From assembly GCA_043228905.1 (NCBI GenBank), contig JBHGNT010000022.1:3224001-3288000 (forward strand): DNA of 64,000 nucleotides, written 5' to 3'. The translations under genes were made by a program, and so were the position numbers. Source of the DNA: Azolla caroliniana. Lineage: Eukaryota; Plantae; Polypodiophyta. Of the stretch, positions 26,389 through 38,081 are shown in pieces. Within the stretch, counting starts at the first letter, position 1; each line of letters opens with the position of its first letter. A model generated the notes under the pieces. That model was not told the origin of the DNA, did not search any database, and saw only the letters and a program-made list of their open reading frames with translations.

Positions 26389-28381
26389 GTGAACAACATG
26401 GAGAGATTGCAATTCAGGAATTCCTTGGCACTCCCAAGTCTTCTCCCTATTTACTTCATCTATCTTCACTTCCCAAAATCCATGTTTGATATCTCGGACC
26501 TGCGAGGAATAAACACTAATTACACTCGTTGACATATTAGCTCTTAAAAATTCAACTACATGTGTTGCACAATTCATCTGCACACGATCTGCCTTTAGTT
26601 GTTCATGGGTAAGTGCCCGCTTTATAATAGCTCCTGCACCATCATGTTCACCTTTACCATGGTCAGACCCAAAAAAAATCTATCTCATCTCCAAACCTGT
26701 TATAGCAAGATACCTCCCCACAAAATAAAATGGACTGACGAGTTCCATCAGACCAAACCCAATGTTGAGTAAGCTCCAAACGTTTAGCTAATAACCATTG
26801 CCAATGTAAGTTAAAACAATGTTGGACGAACAAGGTGTCATGCTTCTTATCATCAGAAATAAAAAAATGAATTACTTTTTTAACATCACCTGAAACTCGA
26901 AAATATGTTATGTGCACAAAAATGGTTACCTACGCTGAACACCAATGCATAGATTGAATTTCATTCTGCTGCTTGAAAGTATAATTCTCTGCGAAATCTA
27001 CTACTGAGACTACTACAACTTTTGGAAAATCAAATATGCAAGTCTTAAACTGATGGGCTTGCCATGAATAAATGAAGTTGTGTTTAATGAACTTTCCTAG
27101 AGATACTACAAATAGAGACGCCAAATCCCTTGGTTTAAGCGACTTCCTAACTAGATCCTTTCTTTTACACACCTTTCCTTTGAAATTGGTGTCAACTGAC
27201 TCAAATAACTTGACAGAGGTTAGTATTTCACTACTCAATTCATTTGAACACCACCTAGATCTACTAGGGCCACAATCTTGACATAAACCCATGACACATT
27301 TATGATTGTGGAAGATGGCCTCAGTTTCTGTCAGACACAATACTGAATCTAAAAGACAACTCATGGAAGAGATAACATGCTCAGATGATTTACAGTGCTC
27401 ATGCAGGCTCGACCGACAAATTGGGCACACACAAGTGCAAACTGCATTTGTTAGGGAGGCGCTATGGTGACATAGTAGATTAATAGAGTCCTTGAGAAAA
27501 CCCATTTGTACATGGTAAATGCAACAACATGTGTATCGATCCTTCAAGCGTCTCACAAAGTGTGGCTTAAGAGACTCGAATGTTCATAGTTGAACTTTGA
27601 TATTTGGATGCATTCGCCTGAACCTAATAAATAAATCGACCTGCGTAATAAAATGGACACACTGATTACCTCTATGGCTAAGTGGTAGCTAATTAGCTAC
27701 TACCATAGTTTAGTACAATAGCTAATTAGCTAAGTGGTAGCTAATTAGCTAAGTGGTAGTTATGGGTGTCATTGGCTTACATCTTGTTGTTAGCTTTAGC
27801 AGACTAGTTCCTTCACTCGAGGAAACTATTCGGTTCAATGTATTGTACACACTTTTTCTACTAACACCAATTACCTTAGACAGCACACTAATGTTAATAT
27901 CATCAACATCATTATTAAGTAACATCATTAGACTAGACCTTTTTAAGACAAGATCATCTTTTGACCTGCTCATGGATACGAAACTATTATGGAGATTATT
28001 TACTAGTACAGATGTTATGTTTGCATTGAGACCATCACAATCAACTAACTCCTTTATTGATGGATCATTTAATATTCCATAAAGTACTACCTTCTTTTCT
28101 TCATTGTTGATGTGCTTGGTTTGAACATTGAAATAGTCTACAACCTTTCTCTCTATGATAGTAGTCTCATTACTTCCATTCTCAATGATATTTACACCTA
28201 TATCCCAACCAATACTATCTTTACCTTTAGTGAGTGTGGCTTTCGTATCCTTCAACAATTGATGATGTTTTCTTCTTCTTCTTTCCCAATACTTTCGTAT
28301 CGCTTGTTGTGTCCTGATAGCATCATCCCTATCCTGATGATCATTGAGGGGTAATTCTAAATACCCTCCTTCCCCTTCCAT
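26389..28381 (-). pseudogene. Sola2-like DDD transposase, N-terminal and catalytic part
   Basis: DFAENY...NEIQSMHW, ISDDKKHD, WVWSDG and GSDHGKGEHDGAGAIIKR (read manually near 26617-26670); upstream Cys-rich region and an HTH-like segment. Family assignment is from remembered motifs. Confidence 0.78.
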
Positions 28382-28529
28382 TTGGCTTGACGGGTTTAAA
28401 CCCTAATTTTCCCAAAAAAAAGACACGTATTAAAGTTGGCTATGGGCAACAACTATACACAAAAATATTTCGCAATACACAAGATTATACAGAACAATAC
28501 ACAAGATAATCAATAGACAGAATAGTTAT

Positions 28530-28705
28530 TCAAATCCAAGACCGAACAATGGCGGTAATCTAGGGCCGAATAGTGGAGGCAATTGAGTGTAGAATGGCGG
28601 TAGTGGATGAGTGAACTCCGTTTGATCGAACTGTTTTGACAATCCAGGACCGAACAATGGTGGCAACTGAGTGTAGAATGATGGCAATGGAGGAGTGAAT
28701 TCCGT
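28530..28705. repeat. Degenerate ~55-65 bp tandem repeat, left part
   Basis: GGCAACTGAGTGTAGAATG..GCAATGGAGGAGTGAACTCCG; continues after the nested element. Confidence 0.8.
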
Positions 28706-31700
28706 TGTCGTGCCTTTCGGCTCCGGATCGTTGCGTGAGTCGGGTGGGAACCGCCGAGGTTTTGGACTAGGAGAAAGAAGAATATGAGATGAGGCTAGTA
28801 ATGAATAGATTATTAGAAAGAGAGATAGAAATTTCGTGAATCCCACGAGTGTATTGTATTCGATTAATCAATATTTAGATAAGAATATGTATTTAGATTG
28901 AAAGAAAGATATAAGAAACTTGTGAATCCCACAAGTATAGATTATATTATTTTCGTGAATCCCACGATTATATTAATCGGTTGGTGTTTTCGGAAATATA
29001 TCCAATTTCCAAATATTTCACACACCTATTACATTGTGCTCCCCATCCTTATGTAGTGATGGGAGAGACTAAGCATAGCTACATGTTTTTTCTCTAATAT
29101 GTTCATGCACACTAAATGTGCATGTGATGCTTTTCTAATCCTTGCTTTTATTTGCTAAATATAGTGCTCATGCACGCTAGATGTGCATGAGTCACTTTTT
29201 AGTTGCTTGCGTTTTTCTATAAAATATTCACGCACTCTAAAAATGCACGATTTACCTTTTAATAAAGGTAGGCGCAAATAAAGCACTTATAGTTATTAAA
29301 TCTATTTATAGAACACTAAAGATAAGGTAGTATAATGGTAAAGTTGAGGTTTGGCTACGTGGAGGTACAGGGTTCGAATCTTGCCTTATGCACGTGATAA
29401 ATATCTTGATATATTATTTTATTTATTTATATGTAATTAAATCGGTTATATTATTTTTACTTTTTCACGTAGTGTACGAAACACACTACGACACTCGCCC
29501 CCTCCGAACCCGCACATCCTCCGGTATGTGCCGAAGTTGCCGATGCTCGTTGTCTCCCCTTCATCCTCCGTTTGTCCCGCTATGTCAACTTTGTCTCTCC
29601 ATTTTGAGTAGACCCATTCTTTCCACCCGAACCATTGTTGCCATCCGATCCACCATATTCTTTGTTCATTCGTGGTAGTGTCTTTTACTGGGCTCTTTCT
29701 TGTCTTCATCAACCTTGACTTTTTTCCGGATCGCTCTCGTCCGATCAACTTTCGGTTCGATCGGCTTCCGATCGGATTTGTATTCGGCCGAATCGGAATC
29801 GGTTGTTCGGTTTCGATTGAGTCGGTCTCCTTCCGGCCCGGTTTCGATCTATCGGTTTCGGTTTCGGTTGGCTTTCTTTTCCTCGTTTTCACCAGCCTCG
29901 ACCGGTCCAACCTCCGGTTGAGTCGGATTAGCTTTTGTCCGATCGGCTTTCGGCTAGGTCGGCTTCCATCCATATTCGCGTTCAGCCAAGTCAGACTCAG
30001 TCGATCGGTTTTGACCGAGTCGACCCCTTTTCGGGTCGGCTTTCTTTCGGGTCGTCTTTCGGCCGAATTCTCTTCCTTTCGGTTCGGCTTTCTTTCGGGT
30101 CGACTTTCGGTCGAATCCTCTTTTACCCGGTTCGGCTTTCTTTCGAATCGGAATCCTGTCCGGATCACCTTCCATCCGAACCGGCTTCCGACTTTACCTT
30201 TCTTGTCGCCACCTCCTGTCTCTCCGGTCTCACGTTGGTTCTCGAATACAACCGCCGAAGTCTCTAGGATTAGTGGGCAGGAATCCTCGGTATTATCATC
30301 CTCCATTGTTTCACCCATAGCCATATTCTCGGCTATCTCTCCTTCGTATGCATCGACTTCGACCTTTGTTTTCTCTCCGCCACCTTCCGTCTCTTCGGTC
30401 TCACGTTGCCTTTCGAACGCAACCGCCGGAGTCTCTAGAATCAGTGGTGGGGAAGTCTCGATATGGCCATCCGCCATTGATTCGTCCATAGCCACCTTCG
30501 ATTCGATGTCATGTTTCGTGGCGACCTCCTCAATCAAGTCCTCCTTGCTCTCTTTCACTGCATCAATTATGCAAACATCAATTATGCTTACCCCTTTTTC
30601 ACCCGATGTTTCAGACACTTGTATTCCGAAATCTTCTTCTACACTTGGGTTATCGGCCTTATCCTTCACCGTCGTTCTTTCGCAAGACAAGAGGGTAGCT
30701 TGTTTTACACCCTCTTCCGTCGCACCATCATGTTGTATTTCAGCCTTCATATCGGCTCCATCGTTTGTCTTCAATCGACCATCCTTCATCGGCCATGTCG
30801 TTGACAAGATTCTCATCTTCCTCTCATCATGTCTCCGGCATACCCTTTGGACTTCGGCCCAATTTTCGGTAAGACCATTCGTACCGTCATCGTCTTCGAG
30901 TTCGATCCCGATGTCCATCCTTTCTTTTCGATCGATCGATTTTACGAACATTAGGACTTTATCCTCCCCCACCAATCGTTGTTCCCGCTCCGAGAGTCGA
31001 GCAAAACGATGCTCGAACTCTAGGAATGCTTTTGTTGCACTTTGGTGGGTCTTCTCCGATGCCACCCATTCATCGAACTCTCGCCGATCTCGTCCCTTCG
31101 ATCTCTTGTAATCATATGACTCTCGTAAAGCTTCTTCGAATGATCCCCATGTCGAGTTTTGTTGTCGTATCTTGTGGATTCTCTCTTGTAGCTCATCCGT
31201 GGCCACCCGATTGAAGGATGTCACTTGCAATCCTTCCGGTATCCCACATCGCATCATCTCCCCTTTGTAGTCACGTAGATAGCGTGACACATTGTTTCCG
31301 TTGAATTGTCCGTTTCGTTGTACGAGCCGCTTTACTGCCCCCGTGATCTCCGACATCACTCGTTGTTCTTGTAGCATCCGCTCGAACATCATCATCATCG
31401 TTATACTCATTGCCTCTTGTTGATTCTCCATCTCCTTGCCACCCGTCTTCACGTCGGGTTCACCAACTGTGTCGTGCCTTTCGGCTCCAGATCGTTGCGT
31501 GAGTCGGGTGGGAACCGCCGAGGTTTTGGACTAGGAGAAAGAAGAATATGAGATGAGGCTAGTAATGAATAGATTATTAGAAAGAGAGATAGAAATTTCG
31601 TGAATCCCACGAGTGTATTGTATTCGATTAATCAATATTTAGATAAGAATATGTATTTAGATTGAAAGAAAGATATAAGAAACTTGTGAATCCCACAAGT

Positions 31701-32257
31701 ATAGATTATATTATTTTCGTGAACCCCACGATTATATTAATCAGTTGGTGTTTTCGGAAATATATCCAATTTCCAAATATTTCACACACCTATTACATTG
31801 TGCTCCCCATCCTTATGTAGTGATGGGAGAGACTAAGCATAGCTACATGTTTTTTCTCTAATATGTTCATGCACACTAAATGTGCATGTGATGCTTTTCT
31901 AATCCTTGCTTTTATTTGCTAAATATAGTGCTCATGCACGCTAGATGTGCATGAGTCACTTTTTAGTTGCTTGCGTTTTTCTATAAAATATTCACGCACT
32001 CTAAAAATGCACGATTTACCTTTTAATAAAGGTAGGCGCAAATAAAGCACTTATAGTTATTAAATCTATTTATAGAACACTAAAGATAAGGTAGTATAAT
32101 GGTAAAGTTGAGGTTTGGCTACGTGGAGGTATAGGGTTCGAATCTTGCCTTATGCACGTGATAAATATCTTGATATATTATTTTATTTATTTATATGTAA
32201 TTAAATCGGTTATATTATTTTTACTTTTTCACGTAGTGTACGAAACACACTACGACA
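28706..32257 (-). mobile_element. Non-autonomous gag-only Ty3/gypsy LTR element
   Basis: 788-bp LTRs at 28706-29493 and 31470-32257 (TG..CA, about 4 mismatches seen). TSD CCGT; PBS TGGTGAACCCGACGTGAA (tRNA-Trp) at 31465-31448; PPT GGAGGGGGCGAG. No pol. Confidence 0.93.
29446..31452 (-). CDS. Gag-like protein with acidic and basic low-complexity tail; probable ATG at 31431
   Basis: N-terminus GQFNGNNVSRYL..LMFVKSID..DGTNGLTENWAEV aligns by eye with the gag at 35921 (GRFDGRDATKYL..LLFVKSVD..GLTTDWAAV). ORF is uninterrupted. Confidence 0.8.
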   Translation of the reverse strand: MKTGGKEMENQQEAMSITMMMMFERMLQEQRVMSEITGAVKRLVQRNGQFNGNNVSRYLRDYKGEMMRCGIPEGLQVTSFNRVATDELQERIHKIRQQNSTWGSFEEALRESYDYKRSKGRDRREFDEWVASEKTHQSATKAFLEFEHRFARLSEREQRLVGEDKVLMFVKSIDRKERMDIGIELEDDDGTNGLTENWAEVQRVCRRHDERKMRILSTTWPMKDGRLKTNDGADMKAEIQHDGATEEGVKQATLLSCERTTVKDKADNPSVEEDFGIQVSETSGEKGVSIIDVCIIDAVKESKEDLIEEVATKHDIESKVAMDESMADGHIETSPPLILETPAVAFERQRETEETEGGGEKTKVEVDAYEGEIAENMAMGETMEDDNTEDSCPLILETSAVVFENQRETGETGGGDKKGKVGSRFGWKVIRTGFRFERKPNRVKEDSTESRPERKPNRKEENSAERRPERKPTRKGVDSVKTDRLSLTWLNANMDGSRPSRKPIGQKLIRLNRRLDRSRLVKTRKRKPTETETDRSKPGRKETDSIETEQPIPIRPNTNPIGSRSNRKLIGRERSGKKSRLMKTRKSPVKDTTTNEQRIWWIGWQQWFGWKEWVYSKWRDKVDIAGQTEDEGETTSIGNFGTYRRMCGFGGGECRSVFRTLREKVKII

Positions 32258-32261
32258 CCGT

Positions 32262-32880
32262 CTGATCAAACAGTGGCAGATGGTGCTTGGAACGCACAGT
32301 GACGACAACTTAGAGTAGAATGGCAGCAGTGGAGAAGGAGTGAACTCCTTCGGATCAAAAAGTGGCAGCAATACACCACCAAACAATAGCGGCAACTAAG
32401 TGTAGAATGATGGCAATGGATGACTGAACTCTGTCAAATCAAAAAGTGGCAGCAATCCAGGACCAGTCACCGAATAGTAGTGGCAACTGAGTGTAGAATG
32501 ATGGCAATGGAGGAGTGAACTCTGTCAGATCGAACAGTGGTAGATAATGCTTGGAACGCACAATGATCACAACTGAGAGTAGAATGGCGGCAATGGAGAA
32601 GGAGTTAACTCCGTCGGATCGAAAAGTGGCAGCAATATACGGCCTTCATAGTAACGGCAACTGAGTGTACAATGGTGGCAATGGAGGAGTGAACTTGGCA
32701 AATGATGCTTGGCCTAAACAGTGGCGACAACTGAGTGTAGAATGACAGCAATGGGGAGGAGTGAACTCCATTGGATCGAACAATCGCAGATGATACTTGG
32801 ACCACTCAGTGTCGGTAACTGAGTGTAGAATAGCGGCAATGGAGGAGTGAACTCAATAGAGTTTAGCAACAATGGTAGTA
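32262..32880. repeat. Degenerate ~55-65 bp tandem repeat, right part, subterminal in the DNA transposon
   Basis: Repeated CAACTGAGTGTAGAATGGCGGCAATGGAGGAGTGAACTC. Confidence 0.85.
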
Positions 32881-33161
32881 ATCTAAGCCAGAATACTCAA
32901 CCAAAGATGGCCCATGTGATATGGCAAAGGATCATGCATAATGGACCTAGGAATTCGGTATATAATTTATGGTGCACATATCAATTTGTGTTGCATGTTT
33001 ATGTTGCACATTTATGGTGCTCATTTATATAATTAAAACTCTCTACTATTTTCAATGGTAGCTTTCTGCAAAAATAACTATTTATCAATCGTAGCTTTTT
33101 GCATGGCTAATTAGCTATGTCAAGGACATAGCTAATTGCTTCCACTCCCCTACTTTCATCC

Positions 33162-35079
33162 CTAGATTAAACTTCTAGTCCGAAAGAGCGTGGGTTCAAA
33201 TCCCACTATCACCATCGATGTAAAATGAACATGCTTCGTTTTTGTGATGGGTATATTAGGTAACACGATACGCGGCTGAGGTGGCCGAGTTGGTCTATTG
33301 TGCTAGATTAAAGTGCTAGTCCGAAAGGGTGTGGATTCAAATCCCACTCTCATCATCGATGTAAAATGAACATGCTTCGTTTTGGTGACAAGTTTATTAG
33401 GAAACACCATAAGTGGATGAGGTGGCCGACTTGGTCAAAGGCGCTAGATTAAGGTTCTAGTTCAAAAGGTTGTGGGTTCAGATCCCACTCTCCTCATCGA
33501 TGTAAAATGAACATTCATCGTTTTGGCGATGGGTTGATTAGGCAACATGATAAGGGGATGAGGTGACCGAGTTGGTCTCAGGCGCTCAAATAAGGTTCTA
33601 GTCTAAAAGGGCGTGGGTTCAAATACCACTCTCATCATCGATGTAACATGAACATTCTTAGTTTTGGTTCTAGTCCGAAAGGGAGTGGGTTTAAATCCCA
33701 CTCTCATCATCGATGTAAAATGAACATGGTTCGATTTGGCTATGGGTTGATTTGGCAACATGATAAGCGGATGAGTTGGCCGAGTTGGTGTAAGGCACTA
33801 GATTAAGGTTCTAGTTCGAAAGAGAGTGGGTTCAAATCCCACCCTCAGCATCGATGTAAAATGAACATGGGTCGTTTTGGCGACGAGTTTATTAGGCAAA
33901 CCAATAAGCGGATGACGTGGCTGAGTTGGTCTAAGGCGCTAGATTAAGGTTCTCGTCCGAAAGGGCGTGGGTTCAAATACTACTCTCATCATCGATGTAA
34001 AATCAACATCCTTTGTTTAGGTGATGGGTTTATTAGGCTGTACGATAACTAGATGAGGTGGCCGAGTTGGTCTAAGGCGCTAGATTAAGATTCTCGTCTG
34101 AAAGGTCATGGGTTCAAATCTCACTCTCATCATCGATGTAAAATGAACATGCTTCATTTTGGCGATGCCTTCATTAGCCAACATGATAAGACGATGAGGT
34201 GGCCGAGTTGCTGTAAGGGGCTAGATTAAGAGTTTAGTTCGAAAGGGAAAGGGAAAGGGCATGGGTTCAAATCCCACTCTCATCATCGATGTAAAATGAA
34301 CATGCTTCGTTTTGGTGACGAGTTTATTAGGCAACATTATAAGTGGATGAGGTGGCCCACTTGGTCAAAGGTGCTAGATTAAGGTTCTAGTCCGAAAGAG
34401 CGTGGGTTCAAATCCCACTCTCATCATCGATGTATAATGAACATGCTTCGTTTTGGTGACGAGTTGATTAGACAAAATAATAAGTGGATGGGTTGATCGA
34501 GTTGGTCTAAGGTGCTAGATTACGGTTTTAGTCCAAAAAGGCGTGGGTTCAAATACCACTCTCATCATCGATGTAAAATGAACATGCTTCGTTTTGGCGA
34601 CGAGTTTATTAGGCAACACGATAAGTGGATGAGGTGGCCCACTTGGTCAAAGGTGCTAGATTAAGGTTCTAGTCCGAAAGAGCGTGGGTTCAAATCCCAC
34701 TCTCATCATCGATGTATAATGAACATGCTTTGTTTCGGTGGCGAATTGATTAGACAACATGATAAATGGACGAGGTGGCCGAGTTGGTCTGAGCCGCTAC
34801 ATTAAGGTTCTAGTCCGAAGGGGCATGGGTTCAAATCCCACTGTCATCAACGATGTAAAATGAACATGCTTTGTTTTGGCAATGGGTTTATTAGAGAACA
34901 CGATAAGCGGATGAGGTGCCGGAGTTGGTATAAGGCGCTAGATTAAGGTTCTAGTCCGAAAACGCGTTTGTTCAAATCCCACTCTCATCATCGAAGTAAA
35001 ATGAACATGCTTTGTTTCGGTGACAAGTTGATTAGGCAACACGATAAGCGGATGAGGTAGCCGAGTTGGTCTAAGCCGT
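33162..35079 (+). repeat. Tandem tRNA-Leu(AAG) satellite, about 14 monomers
   Basis: Same monomer. Confidence 0.96.
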
Positions 35080-35920
35080 TGTCGTGAAGAAAACCGTCCA
35101 TAGGCGGAATCGGCGCACCAAGGCGTGGGAACCGGTTCTTCACGCGCGCACGCTCCGAGTTGTACATAGAAGCGAATTAGGAGGATAATCGGCGGGAACG
35201 GGCCCTAACACAAGTGGAGACAAAGACCGCGCGAACAGTCTTTTCGGTCGCGCGCGCGAGCGAAGGAACTGTACGAGTCGGCGGCGTAACTACGCGGATG
35301 CGTGAAGGACGAAGCGAATCCCTGTCCAAAAGGGACAGGGAATAAAGCTGACATGACGGCCTGCTCGTCGGCCTATATAAGGAGCAGGAAAGAGCTATTG
35401 CAGGGATCTCGCGTGGAGAGAACGAAGTGCTGTCGGACCGTTTCTGGACGCTTCTCTCTCTCTCTGTTTCCTTCCTTCTTGAGCTCCAGAGCTTTCTGTG
35501 CAGGGTTCCGAGGAGGCTTGCGCTGTTTCGAGGAACGCCCGAGTGCTTCCGGCAGCACCTCCGACCGGCTACCCCTTTGTGCGTCGAAGCGAACAGGCAT
35601 CGGCATCTGTTCGCCGGCCTGTTCGGTTGTAACCAACCTGTGCCCCATCGAGGGTTGTAGTCGTGTTAGCCATAATTTTCTTAATATATATATTTAGTCA
35701 TTCGCATCTGTCTGTGTCGGTGTTCGTTCGCGTTCTCCGTGCTGAAGGGCCGTGTCCCTGTGTATCCCCGGTCCTGCGTAGCCGGTTCTCTCTCTTCCTC
35801 CTCCCTCACTTGCTCTTTGGTTCGAGACCCCCGCGGTCCCGCCTCGTTTCCACACGCACTTGCGTAATAACTCGACATCTTGGTGAACCCGACGTGAAAG
35901 AGGCGGCAGAAGAGCAGAAG

Positions 35921-38047
35921 ATGAGGGGGTCGGATCTTGCAGAGGCCATGGCTTCGGCCGTGGATCGGATTGTAAACGCGCGCGAGGGCACCGGTGCCCT
36001 CGACAGAGCTATTGAGGCGGTCGTCAGCACGATCGGCCGGTTCGATGGGAGGGATGCCACGAAGTATCTGGCGTCCTACGGTGCAGAAATGCTGATGCGG
36101 GACATTCCGGAAGAAAGGCGTCTTGCCGGGTTCCCCCGAGTGGCGATGCCGAGCATCCATGCGGAGGTGCTCGAGGTGCGGGCGGAGAGCCGTACCTGGG
36201 AAGAGTTCGAAGGTCGGCTCCTAGAGAAATACGGGCTGGACGACGCGCTCCGGCTTTCGAAGCGAAGGTTCATGGAATGGGTGGAATCCCCGGGGAAGGG
36301 AAGAAACGCGTCGGCACTCCTCCGGGAGTTCGAGGAAAACTTTGCGCGCCTTTCGGCGCTCGACCGAACCATCCTGGACACGAGCCGGGTCTTGCTGTTT
36401 GTCAAGTCGGTCGACGAGCGGGATCGGGAGCAAGTGGGCCTCTTGCTGGAAACCGAAGACGGGCTCACTACCGACTGGGCGGCTGTCAGGAAGGTCTGTG
36501 GCCGTTTCGACAAACGGCGAGAATGGGCGGATAACGGGGCAACCGGGCCGGGCTCGGTCGCAGCAAGGAAGCTCGAACCAGCGCCACAGGTGCGAAAGGA
36601 AGAGACCCGAGAGTGGTTGGAAACTGGTTCGGCTTCGACCGGCGTAGTCAGAGGCTCAACCGGAGGAGCGGCGCTGGAGGAATTGACGAAGGCGATAAAG
36701 GACCTCCAAATCGCGCAGGCCCGAAGGGAAGGAGGCGAACCGGCTCGTGACCGACGGCCGGCGGCAGGAAACAGGTGCATGTGGTGCGATGAAGTCGGCC
36801 ACATTCGGAAGGACTGCGGCGACTTCGCGGAGGCGTTGAGGAACAGGGTGGTGTACCTGTGGGAAGGACGGGTGCATGCCAGCGACACCCGAAGGGCCCT
36901 GAGCCGAAACGACGGGCGAGGTGGTATGAAAAGGTTGATGGAAGAGGCGGCGGCCCGACACGCGGAAACCGTCCACTACTCGGCGTCGGCCGGCATTCGA
37001 GTCGGGGGCGGCGAGGCCCGAAGAGAAAGCAAAGCCGGATTCTGGCCGACGATGCTGGAAGGCCTTGCCGGTGCAGGGCTTAAAAGGGAGGAATCGGACC
37101 GTGCGGAGAAACGGGTACGGGAGATGACCGGGTGGAGCGACCCGGTCGAGGAAAAGACGGGCTTCGTGGAAGCCGCTTGCCGGAACTACGAGGCTCTGGT
37201 AGAAGAGAAGCGGGTGGGGAAACCCGGGACGACCGGGCCCTCACAACGATACGAGACCCGGTCCGGGCCACGACGGGACGAAGCCGGCGGGGCCGGTACG
37301 CAAGATAAACCCCAGAAGGGCGGGTACCGTCTGGGGACGGAGATAGAAAGAACCACGGACTTACGAAAGGTCCTGGAGGAACGGATCCTCGACAGCAAGG
37401 TGGAGCTGTCGTTACGAGAGGTGCTGGGAATCGCCAAGAAGGAGTTCCATGACTCCATCGTGGACTTAGTGAAACGGAAGAGGCTGTCGACGGAGACAGA
37501 ACCGGAAAGACCGGTGGAAGTGCGGACGACGCACCTAGACGACATGGCGCTGGGAGACGAGTGGGCGGAAAGCCACTATTCGAGACCACACTGGGCCCGA
37601 GCGACCACGGAAACCCCGGTAAAGATCGGCGATGTCCAGGAACCGGTGATAGCTTTGGTGGACCACGGATCGGAGATCAATTTGATGTCCATGGACTTCT
37701 ATAAGAAGGGCAAATGGCCGATCAACACCAAGCACGGGTGGAAAATAAGGGCAGCAACGCGCGCCACCGAGGAACTGCACGGGGCCTGTCCGAATGTGCG
37801 AGTCAAGATCGGCGACGTCGAGATTGACCAGCACTTCTTCGTGCAGGAGACGTCTTCGCATCCGGTCATACTGGGAGAGCCGTACATCACGGCGGCGCGA
37901 ATGGAGACCAAGGTGCTGGACAATGGTTCGGCCTACGCGAGGGTCAAAAGCCAAGACGGGCGCCATTCGGTCCAGTTTCTGACGGTACGGCCGAACCACG
38001 AACGTAACCGCAACTCCCTCGGTTCCGAAAACCGAGAGGATTTTTAG
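35921..38047 (+). CDS. gag: Gag-protease polyprotein
   Basis: First ATG after the PBS; CMWCDEVGHIRKDC zinc knuckle; ALVDHGSEINLM protease; ILGEPY. Confidence 0.92.
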   Translation: MRGSDLAEAMASAVDRIVNAREGTGALDRAIEAVVSTIGRFDGRDATKYLASYGAEMLMRDIPEERRLAGFPRVAMPSIHAEVLEVRAESRTWEEFEGRLLEKYGLDDALRLSKRRFMEWVESPGKGRNASALLREFEENFARLSALDRTILDTSRVLLFVKSVDERDREQVGLLLETEDGLTTDWAAVRKVCGRFDKRREWADNGATGPGSVAARKLEPAPQVRKEETREWLETGSASTGVVRGSTGGAALEELTKAIKDLQIAQARREGGEPARDRRPAAGNRCMWCDEVGHIRKDCGDFAEALRNRVVYLWEGRVHASDTRRALSRNDGRGGMKRLMEEAAARHAETVHYSASAGIRVGGGEARRESKAGFWPTMLEGLAGAGLKREESDRAEKRVREMTGWSDPVEEKTGFVEAACRNYEALVEEKRVGKPGTTGPSQRYETRSGPRRDEAGGAGTQDKPQKGGYRLGTEIERTTDLRKVLEERILDSKVELSLREVLGIAKKEFHDSIVDLVKRKRLSTETEPERPVEVRTTHLDDMALGDEWAESHYSRPHWARATTETPVKIGDVQEPVIALVDHGSEINLMSMDFYKKGKWPINTKHGWKIRAATRATEELHGACPNVRVKIGDVEIDQHFFVQETSSHPVILGEPYITAARMETKVLDNGSAYARVKSQDGRHSVQFLTVRPNHERNRNSLGSENREDF

Positions 38048-38081
38048 AAAGGACTGCCAAGGCGTGGGGCCGCGACAGTCC
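38038..38081 (+). promoter_or_regulatory. Putative -1 programmed ribosomal frameshift signal
   Basis: G GAT TTT immediately before the gag stop, 6-nt spacer, then GGACTG...CAGTCC stem-loop at 38051-38081. The -1 frame is open into pol. Confidence 0.8.

Larger units (their letters stand above)
26389..33161 (-). mobile_element. Sola2-like DNA transposon copy 1, 5' half (contains a nested LTR element)
   Basis: Terminus GGATGAAAGTAGGGGAGTGGAA on - at 33161, similar to the other end GAGTAAAAGCATGCGAGTGGAA. 4-bp TSD CTAG at 33162-33165 and 26026-26029. Confidence 0.8.

Noticed and set aside
29672-31111. 479-aa plus-strand ORF
   Set aside because: Antisense shadow of the low-complexity gag ORF.
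35663-35920. N-terminal extension of the 794-aa ORF and other LTR ORFs
   Set aside because: Lies in LTR/PBS sequence; the plausible start is ATG 35921.
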